Source of the DNA: Fidelibacterota bacterium
GTDB taxonomy: Bacteria > Fidelibacterota > Marinisomatia > Marinisomatales > UBA1611
Assembly: GCA_016784605.1 (NCBI GenBank)
Contig: JADHUI010000006.1
Coordinates: 2,476 to 66,475, forward strand
Length of the DNA stretch: 64,000 bases
Direction of reading: 5' to 3'
In this document: positions 57,009 to 64,000 of the stretch, piece after piece
How positions within the stretch are numbered: position 1 is the first letter of the stretch
Layout: each line of letters starts with the position of its first letter
Translations under genes and position numbers: made by a program
Notes under the pieces: generated by a model
Seen by the model: only the letters and a program-made list of their open reading frames with translations
Told to the model about the DNA's origin: nothing
Databases searched by the model: none

Positions 57009-57680
57009 ATGCCCGACATAAATCTTGCTCAAAAATATTTGGAACAAACAAAATCACTGTTTGGTAATGAATTATTTGTGCAAGATGAAAAGGTAGATAT
57101 GATAATGGAAGATGGGAGTATTGGACCAAAATCCCTTTCGGATTATCATCTTCAAATATCTGATTGCTTGAAGTGCGGTCTGGGAGAGAAGCGCGATAAG
57201 TTTGTATTTGGTGTTGGTGACCCAAATGCAAATCTATTACTCATTGGTGAAGCACCTGGCGCACAAGAAGATTTAGAAGGAGAACCTTTTGTGGGGCGCG
57301 CGGGGAAATTGTTAGATAAAATTCTAAAAGCCATAAATCGTTCACGAGACAAGGATGTTTACATTTGTAATGTATTGAAATGTCGCCCACCGAATAATAG
57401 AGATCCTTTACCGTCCGAAGTAGAACAATGCGAATCTTATCTTCATATGCAAATAAACCTAATTCAACCGAAATTGATTGTGGCTTTAGGGAGGGTGGCA
57501 GGAAAAACATTACTGGGATTAGATGTGCAACTCAAAGATATGAGACATGAAACACACGAATACAAGGGGATTCCACTCCGAGTGACGTACCATCCCGCTG
57601 CATTATTAAGAAATTCAAATTTTAAAGCAGCCGCATGGGATGATTTTAAGTGGATTCGAGAATTTTTAGACAAAAATTAA
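57009..57680 (+). CDS. udg: Family 4 uracil-DNA glycosylase
   Basis: CLKCGL, GEAPG..ED..GEPFVG.AG, NVLKCRPP.NRDP, TYHPAALL. Confidence 0.93.
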   Translation: MPDINLAQKYLEQTKSLFGNELFVQDEKVDMIMEDGSIGPKSLSDYHLQISDCLKCGLGEKRDKFVFGVGDPNANLLLIGEAPGAQEDLEGEPFVGRAGKLLDKILKAINRSRDKDVYICNVLKCRPPNNRDPLPSEVEQCESYLHMQINLIQPKLIVALGRVAGKTLLGLDVQLKDMRHETHEYKGIPLRVTYHPAALLRNSNFKAAAWDDFKWIREFLDKN

Positions 57681-57683
57681 ATT

Positions 57684-59036
57684 ATGGCATCTGGAAATAA
57701 AGAAAAGTTATTAAATGTTCAGCCGCATTCTGATGAAGCGGAACAATCCGTATTAGGATCAATGCTTGCTCAGAAGGAAGCTGTCAGTAAAGCGATTCAA
57801 TGGCTTACGCCAGATGCTTTTTATAAAGATGCACATGCAAAAATATATTCAGTCATGATTCAATTATTCAATCAAGGTGACCCCATTGATTCTGTTTCTG
57901 TGATGGATCGATTGAAAAAGAATAATGAATTAGAGAAAGTAGGCGGAGCCTATTATATCACCGGTTTGGTAGAGGCTGTGCCGACTGCGGCGCACATAGA
58001 ACGATATATCAAAATTGTCATGGAGAAATCCATCTTAAGGCGATTAATCAGTCTATCCCACAATATCGCCCAAGAAGCCTATGATGATTCTCAAGAAATA
58101 GGTGATATACTTGATTCGGTAGAACGATCCATTTTTCAAATTACCCAAAATCAGATGAAAGGCGGCTTTGTTGAACTTGAATCTGTCCTTCATGATACAT
58201 TTGAAAAAATAGACAAATTAAGCCATCAAAAAGGATCTGTTATTGGTGTTCCAACAGGTTTACTGGATTTGGATGAAATGACTTCAGGATTTCAAGAAGG
58301 TGATTTAGTCATTATTGCAGGTCGGCCGGGGATGGGTAAAACATCTTTAGCTTTAACCATGATGAGAAATGCGGCTGTCGATTATGAAGCTGGTATTGGT
58401 ATGTTTAGTTTAGAAATGTCCAACCATCAGTTAGCGATGCGATTATTGTGTTCTGAAGCTCGAGTAGATAATCATTTAGTTCGAACCGGAAAACTTCCAA
58501 AAGCACATTGGAAACAATTAAGTGTTGCTGTCGGTCCATTATCGGGCGCTCCCATATTTTTAGATGATACTCCCGGGTTATCCGTTTTAGAATTACGAGC
58601 AAAAGCTCGTCGGCTTAAAGCGGAGCACAACATTAAAATGATTGTCGTTGATTATTTGCAATTAATGTCAGGACCAAAAGGCATGGAAAGTCGACAACAA
58701 GAAATTTCTACTATTTCACGATCTTTAAAAGGATTAGCCAAAGAATTAGATATTCCAGTCATTGCATTATCCCAGCTATCTCGTGCAGTGGAAAACCGCG
58801 CAGACAAACGTCCGCAATTATCCGATTTGAGAGAAAGTGGAGCGATTGAACAAGATGCAGATATTGTTGTTTTTCTTTATCGCCCTGAACTTTATAGTGA
58901 AGATGAAGAAGATGAAGGAAAAGCTCAAATTATTATAGCTAAGCAAAGAAATGGTCCAACAGGACAAGTGGATGTCTCATTTATTAAACGATATACAAGG
59001 TTTGAGAATTTGTCAAAAATGGCTGAACCTTTTTAA
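57684..59036 (+). CDS. dnaB: Replicative DNA helicase
   Basis: AEQSVLG, GRPGMGKT, FSLEM, VDYLQL, LSQLSR, SDLRESGAIEQDAD, KQRNGPTG. Confidence 0.98.
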   Translation: MASGNKEKLLNVQPHSDEAEQSVLGSMLAQKEAVSKAIQWLTPDAFYKDAHAKIYSVMIQLFNQGDPIDSVSVMDRLKKNNELEKVGGAYYITGLVEAVPTAAHIERYIKIVMEKSILRRLISLSHNIAQEAYDDSQEIGDILDSVERSIFQITQNQMKGGFVELESVLHDTFEKIDKLSHQKGSVIGVPTGLLDLDEMTSGFQEGDLVIIAGRPGMGKTSLALTMMRNAAVDYEAGIGMFSLEMSNHQLAMRLLCSEARVDNHLVRTGKLPKAHWKQLSVAVGPLSGAPIFLDDTPGLSVLELRAKARRLKAEHNIKMIVVDYLQLMSGPKGMESRQQEISTISRSLKGLAKELDIPVIALSQLSRAVENRADKRPQLSDLRESGAIEQDADIVVFLYRPELYSEDEEDEGKAQIIIAKQRNGPTGQVDVSFIKRYTRFENLSKMAEPF

Positions 59037-61231
59037 TGGAAAACCCCCTTTCTAAATTAGCCCCCCAGCTATTTGGAGAATATCCAAAACCATTCTTAAA
59101 TCTCTTTAAAAAAGTTTCAATTCCTCCCGAAACGTCAGAAGATTGGGTCAAAACTCAATTATGGGAAGCTTACCAGTATGGGTCTCAAAAGCACGAAGGC
59201 CAAAAACGTAAATCGGGTGAACCCTACTTTGTGCACTGTGTAAATGTTGCTGAAACACTTGCCAGCTGGCATATGGATTTAACAACGATTATTGCAGGGT
59301 TACTTCATGATACAATTGAGGACACAGATGTCACCGTTTCGGAACTAGAATCTCGGTTTGGTGAAGATTTAGCTCGTTTGGTTAATGGTGTGACAAAAAT
59401 TGGTGAATTGGAGTTGTCGTCTCGCCGAGAGAAGCAGGCTGGGAATTTTATGAAAATGTTATTTTCTGTCGCAAAAGATTTGAGAGTTGTTATTATTAAG
59501 TTTGCAGATCGTCTTCATAATATGCAAACAATCGAATATATGACCAAAATGAAACAACGTCGAATTGCAGTAGAAACACGAGATGTTTTTGCCCCATTAG
59601 CGCATCGACTTGGAATGGCGCAGGTGAAGACGCAGTTAGAAGATCTCGTCTTGAAAACACTCCACCCAAAAACTTATAAAGAGATTGATTCCAAAATAAA
59701 ATCATCCAAAAAGCAACGAGAAAAATTTATACAGGGAATTATTCACCCTGTTGAAGCAGAATTAAAAACGTATAAAATACACCCAACTATTTATGGTCGT
59801 TCAAAATCTCATGCATCGATTTATGGTAAAATGTTAAAAAGAGATAAATCTTTTGAAGATATTTATGATTTATATGCGATTCGCATTATTGTTGATAAAG
59901 TTGAACAATGCTATTTAGCTCTTGGGATAGTTCACAGTATTTACACACCCATCCAGGAACGGTTTAAAGATTTTATTGCTACACCAAAATCCAACGGTTA
60001 TCAATCTGTCCATACAACGGTTGTTGGCCCAAAGGGTCAAATGGTTGAAATCCAAATTCGAACTGAAGAAATGGAAAATACAGCAGAAATTGGTGTGGCT
60101 GCTCATTGGGTGTATAAGGAAGGTGACCATAAATCTAAAGATTTGGATGTGAGTGTAAAATGGTTACGCGAATTATTAGAAATTCTCCAAAGTGAATCTT
60201 CCGATTCAGTTGAATTTATGAATTTGTTAAAAATCGATTTATTTAATGATGAAATATTTGTTTTTACTCCCAATGGCGATTTAGTTCAATTACCCGCAGG
60301 ATCATCCCCAGTAGATTTTGCTTATGAAGTTCATTCTGAAGTGGGTTTTCATTGTATTGGAGCAAAAATAAATCATCAAGTAACACCATTAAATACAAAA
60401 TTAAAAAATGGGGATAGGATTGAAATTATCACAAGTAAAAATCAGACTCCAAGTTTTGGTTGGCAAAAATTTGTTGTAACAAGTAAAGCTCGAAATGCCA
60501 TTTCAAAATACCTTCGTAAGACTCGGATGGAAGAAAGCATTAAACTTGGCGATGAAATATTGGTCAAAACACTTCGACGCTTAAAGCGACTTAAAGACAA
60601 AGATGAAATTAAATTATCCTTTGAAAAATTTGCATTCAAAAACCCGGATGAATTAATGAGCGCCATTGGGGAAGGTCGGATAACTGTTAGAGAAATCTTT
60701 CAAAAATTACGTCCACAAGAAGAAATCAAAATGGATGTAACTGAAGAAGATAAATCAAATCGGTTTTTGAATTTTGCCCGATCAAAAACAGAGGGTATCG
60801 TACTGGACGGTATAACCGATTTAATGGTGAATTTCGGTAAATGTTGCAACCCAATCCCGGGTGATCAGATGATTGGGTTTATAACGCGAGGTCGCGGCAT
60901 TACGGTTCATAGATCAAATTGCAATAGTTTACCATTATTAAGTCATGAATCAGACAGATTATTACCCGTTGATTGGAATGTGAAAAAGAAAGATTTATTT
61001 AGTGTACGGATAAAAGTTGTTGGCCATGATTCTACTGGTATGTTAAAAGATTTATCCGAAGCAATTTCTAATATGAAAATTAATATTTCAAGCGTGGATT
61101 CAAAAATAATTGACAATATTGCAACAACCTATTTCATTGTATCTGTAAATAATAACCGCCAATTAAACCGATTAGTTCGAAAATTAGCGACCATAAAAAA
61201 TGTCGATTTTGTTGAAAGGACTGCAAGATAA
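59036..61231 (+). CDS. relA: Bifunctional (p)ppGpp synthetase/hydrolase (Rel)
   Basis: H.GQ.RKSGEPY, LHDT.ED, DRLHNM, KSNGYQS.HT, EIQIRT, TGS domain, CC.P.PGD, ACT domain. Confidence 0.95.
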   Translation: MENPLSKLAPQLFGEYPKPFLNLFKKVSIPPETSEDWVKTQLWEAYQYGSQKHEGQKRKSGEPYFVHCVNVAETLASWHMDLTTIIAGLLHDTIEDTDVTVSELESRFGEDLARLVNGVTKIGELELSSRREKQAGNFMKMLFSVAKDLRVVIIKFADRLHNMQTIEYMTKMKQRRIAVETRDVFAPLAHRLGMAQVKTQLEDLVLKTLHPKTYKEIDSKIKSSKKQREKFIQGIIHPVEAELKTYKIHPTIYGRSKSHASIYGKMLKRDKSFEDIYDLYAIRIIVDKVEQCYLALGIVHSIYTPIQERFKDFIATPKSNGYQSVHTTVVGPKGQMVEIQIRTEEMENTAEIGVAAHWVYKEGDHKSKDLDVSVKWLRELLEILQSESSDSVEFMNLLKIDLFNDEIFVFTPNGDLVQLPAGSSPVDFAYEVHSEVGFHCIGAKINHQVTPLNTKLKNGDRIEIITSKNQTPSFGWQKFVVTSKARNAISKYLRKTRMEESIKLGDEILVKTLRRLKRLKDKDEIKLSFEKFAFKNPDELMSAIGEGRITVREIFQKLRPQEEIKMDVTEEDKSNRFLNFARSKTEGIVLDGITDLMVNFGKCCNPIPGDQMIGFITRGRGITVHRSNCNSLPLLSHESDRLLPVDWNVKKKDLFSVRIKVVGHDSTGMLKDLSEAISNMKINISSVDSKIIDNIATTYFIVSVNNNRQLNRLVRKLATIKNVDFVERTAR

Positions 61232-61542
61232 TGAAAGTAAAAACATATACAAAAAAAGATGTGGCTATTGAAATGGCTGAACGTCATAATTTGAGCTTAC
61301 GGAATTCACATGCTGTTGTAGACGATTTTTTTGATATTCTTAGAGGGTATTTATTAGAGGATAAACCTTATATTAGAATTGAAATTCGAAACTTTGGTGT
61401 ATTTGAATCCAAACCAACAAAAGCTAAACCAAAAGCTCGAAATCCGAGAACAAATGAAGAAATATTTGTTCCTGCACATAAAAAGACTCGCTTTAAAGCT
61501 GGAAAAATCCTAAAAGAACATCTCAGAAAACCCCTTAAATAA
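61231..61542 (+). CDS. HU/IHF family DNA-binding protein
   Basis: IEIRNFGVF, ARNPRTNEEIFVPA, FKAGK.LK. Confidence 0.92.
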   Translation: MKVKTYTKKDVAIEMAERHNLSLRNSHAVVDDFFDILRGYLLEDKPYIRIEIRNFGVFESKPTKAKPKARNPRTNEEIFVPAHKKTRFKAGKILKEHLRKPLK

Positions 61543-61952
61543 TGGGAAGGATATTAGGAATTGATTATGGTGATCGCCGAGTGGGTATCGCCTTAAGTGA
61601 TCCCCTGAAAATGATTGCTTCTCCTAAAGAGACTTTACTCATTCAATCGGATGAAGATTTATTAAACCAACTTAAACATATTATTGTTGAATATGATGTA
61701 GAAGCTATTGTGATTGGATTGCCTATCGGAATGAAGGGAAATGAAACAAAACAAACGATTCATGTAAAAACCTTTTCCCTCAAATTGAGCCAATTTGATT
61801 TGCCCGTATTCTTAGAAGATGAACGTCTTTCATCCGTATCTGCCAAAAAAAGTTTACACCTGCAAAATATAAAAACAGGTCACGAAAAAGGGCAAGTTGA
61901 TAAAGTAGCTGCATCCATATTACTTCAACAATATTTGGATAAAAATTATTAA
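61542..61952 (+). CDS. ruvX: RuvX/YqgF family nuclease
   Basis: LGIDYGDRRVGIALSD, VIGLP, DERLSS, VDKVAA..LLQ.YL. Confidence 0.95.
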   Translation: MGRILGIDYGDRRVGIALSDPLKMIASPKETLLIQSDEDLLNQLKHIIVEYDVEAIVIGLPIGMKGNETKQTIHVKTFSLKLSQFDLPVFLEDERLSSVSAKKSLHLQNIKTGHEKGQVDKVAASILLQQYLDKNY

Positions 61953-63445
61953 TGGGCGGTCTTTTTAAACGACCACATTGGCAATTAGCCATTATTTCCG
62001 GGATACTCATGGGAGTAGCAACGCAGCCATTCTCTCTTGGTTTTATTGCTTGGTTTGGATTAGTCCCACTCATGCATGTTCTATTGAATTCGAGCCCAAA
62101 AAACAGTGCAAGAAATGCTTTTATTTTTGGATTAACCTTTCATTTTATTTCGGTTTATTGGATTGGGAACAATTCAGGCGCCTCATTTGGGGTTGCATTT
62201 GCTTCCCTAATAGCTGCCGTGATTTATTTATCAATATTTTGGATGGTTTTGGGATTCCTTTTTTCACTCATTGCGAATAAAAAAAGTGAAATTCTTTATC
62301 TATTTCCATTTTTTGTGGTTTCGATGGAATGGTTTAGAAGTTTTGGACCGATGGGATTTCCGTGGTTGAACCTTGCTTTAACTCAAAGTCATTATTTGCC
62401 ATTAATCCAAATGATGGAAATCACAGGAACGTATGGTGTCACATTTTGGGTAGTTGCCATAAATGGAATATTATACATTGCATTGACAAATATAGGTTTA
62501 GCGAAAAATGTTTATATTGCCACAGGCGTATTCTTTATCAGTCTGTATTTAGCTGGATCGGCCAGAATGAACCATCTTGGAGAATACAATAAAACTGTGT
62601 CGATTGGTGTGATTCAACCCAATATAGACCCAAATGAAAAATGGGATCGGTCATCAAGAGAAAAAACAATCGCGACGATGGATTCATTGCATCAAGTTGC
62701 AATTGGATTAAATCCAGATTTAATTTTATGGCCTGAAGCTGCGCTCCCTATTTATTTTAGAATTAATAGCCACCATAAAAAACGACTTCAATCAATTGTT
62801 GATCAATCAGATATTCCAATGTTAACGGGTATTGTGGATCGTAGAATTATTGATAAAGAAAGACACTATTTTAACGGATCCATGTTTTTTACGCCTAAGG
62901 AAAAACAATTATTTTACAATAAAGTTCATCTTGTTCCTTTCGCAGAATATATTCCATTGTCTGGAAAATTCCCTAAATTGAAATCTTTGAATTTTGGGCA
63001 AGGCAACTTTACCCATGGATCTGAATTTACCGTATTCTATATTGACTCTATCCCGTTTTCAAATATGATTTGTTATGAATCAAGTATGCCTAGAATTGCA
63101 CGATCTTTTGTGAAAGCTGGGGCGCAATTATTAACCATTGAAGCGAATGATGGCTATTTAGGAAATACAGCTGGTCCATATCAACATTTTGAACTTGCCC
63201 GGTTGAGAGCCATTGAAAATCGAGTCCCCATAGTTCGTTCGGCTAATACGGGTATTTCCGGATTAATCTTACCCAGCGGAATAGTCGAAAATAAGATTAT
63301 GTTAGGCGAACAATCGGTTTTTTTATCACAAGTATTTATTGGAAATGGTGGAAGCATTTATTCTGACTTTGGAGATATATTTGCCATCATTTGTTTTATG
63401 TTTCTATTACTAATTGGAATTCACACATGGCGAAATTATTCATAA
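61952..63445 (+). CDS. lnt: Apolipoprotein N-acyltransferase
   Basis: N-terminal TM helices, GFPW, QPNI, WPEAA, YNK.HLVPFAE, ICYE, RAIEN, ANTGIS. Confidence 0.95.
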   Translation: MGGLFKRPHWQLAIISGILMGVATQPFSLGFIAWFGLVPLMHVLLNSSPKNSARNAFIFGLTFHFISVYWIGNNSGASFGVAFASLIAAVIYLSIFWMVLGFLFSLIANKKSEILYLFPFFVVSMEWFRSFGPMGFPWLNLALTQSHYLPLIQMMEITGTYGVTFWVVAINGILYIALTNIGLAKNVYIATGVFFISLYLAGSARMNHLGEYNKTVSIGVIQPNIDPNEKWDRSSREKTIATMDSLHQVAIGLNPDLILWPEAALPIYFRINSHHKKRLQSIVDQSDIPMLTGIVDRRIIDKERHYFNGSMFFTPKEKQLFYNKVHLVPFAEYIPLSGKFPKLKSLNFGQGNFTHGSEFTVFYIDSIPFSNMICYESSMPRIARSFVKAGAQLLTIEANDGYLGNTAGPYQHFELARLRAIENRVPIVRSANTGISGLILPSGIVENKIMLGEQSVFLSQVFIGNGGSIYSDFGDIFAIICFMFLLLIGIHTWRNYS

Positions 63446-64000
63446 ATATCATTATTATTATTGGGACCATCATTCCCATGATGGCACAAGAAAGTGCAAA
63501 ATCAAGCTCAATCTCTCCAATTCTCAAATCATTTATTTTACCTGGAACGGGAGAATATGCCTTAGGAAACACATCGCGGGGACGAACATTTATTCTTTCA
63601 GAAATTGCATTAGTATTTAGTGCCGTTGGTGCGTATCACTTTTCGAACTTAAATGAGCAGAAATACATCGCATTTGCAGCTGAACATTCTGGGGTACAAT
63701 CTGCGGGTAAAGATCACCATTATTGGGTCGATATCGGCAACTATATGTCTATTCATGATTTCAATGAAGAACATCTTCGATTCAGAGAAAATGATGCTTT
63801 ATACGAAGAAACAGATGAATGGAATTGGGAGTGGGATACCGAATCAAACCGATCCGAATTTGAATCCACTCGCATTACAAGTGATAAATGGAAACTAGGC
63901 GGAAAATTCATCATTGGCGGACTGGTCGTTAATCACATTATTTCTGCTATTGACGTATTATATCTTACCAAAATTTCTAAATTGAATAAAATTGGATTCG
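63427..64000 (+). CDS. 3'-truncated exported/membrane hypothetical protein (not in the ORF track)
   Basis: Hand translation from ATG 63427: MAKLFINIIIIIGTIIPMMAQ..LKSFILPGTGEYALG..NHIISAIDVL; open to the window end. Confidence 0.65.
   Translation, partial: MAKLFINIIIIIGTIIPMMAQESAKSSSISPILKSFILPGTGEYALGNTSRGRTFILSEIALVFSAVGAYHFSNLNEQKYIAFAAEHSGVQSAGKDHHYWVDIGNYMSIHDFNEEHLRFRENDALYEETDEWNWEWDTESNRSEFESTRITSDKWKLGGKFIIGGLVVNHIISAIDVLYLTKISKLNKIGF

Noticed and set aside
57684-59036. Intein in dnaB
   Set aside because: 450 aa with contiguous helicase motifs
79-62592. Numerous 60-150 aa ORFs nested in or antisense to long genes
   Set aside because: Fully overlap well-supported genes and have no recognisable motifs
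63414-63898. Two short + strand ORFs from the track (63414, 63653)
   Set aside because: Out-of-frame shadows of the longer ORF starting at 63427 that runs off the window

Overview
AT-rich bacterial chromosome segment. The gene content (FCB-type yicC-gmk-rpoZ-udg-dnaB order, many FlgD-Ig/T9SS-type-A-like C-terminal domains, a dockerin, a PorV-like barrel) suggests a non-Bacteroidota FCB lineage such as Marinimicrobia/SAR406; this assignment is inference only. From 1.4 to 35.1 kb, 24 co-directional genes lie with gaps of at most about 21 nt. They comprise a complete type IVa pilus set (pilA, pilT, three minor pilins including a 743-aa PilX, pilMNO, PilP-like, pilQ, pilB, pilC, a methylase-less pilD) with an invasin-like lipoprotein inside it. 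Next come two gingipain-like C25 paralogues that both lack the catalytic His. They bracket a poly-gamma-glutamate module (pgsB-pgsC-pgsW, a basic duplicated periplasmic protein, a probable outer-membrane beta-barrel, a propeller lipoprotein) and two secreted CTD proteins. This block is the best candidate for an undescribed system: a diderm poly-gamma-glutamate synthesis/export/anchoring apparatus linked to pili and CTD-type secretion. The rest (35-64 kb) is mostly housekeeping: yebC-ruvCA without ruvB, gcvT, ffh-rpsP-khpA-rimM-trmD-rplS, MFS-selA-selB-mutS, yicC-gmk-rpoZ-udg-dnaB-rel-HU-ruvX-lnt. I found no rRNA, tRNA, CRISPR array or mobile element. All calls come from motif recognition by eye; no searches were run.
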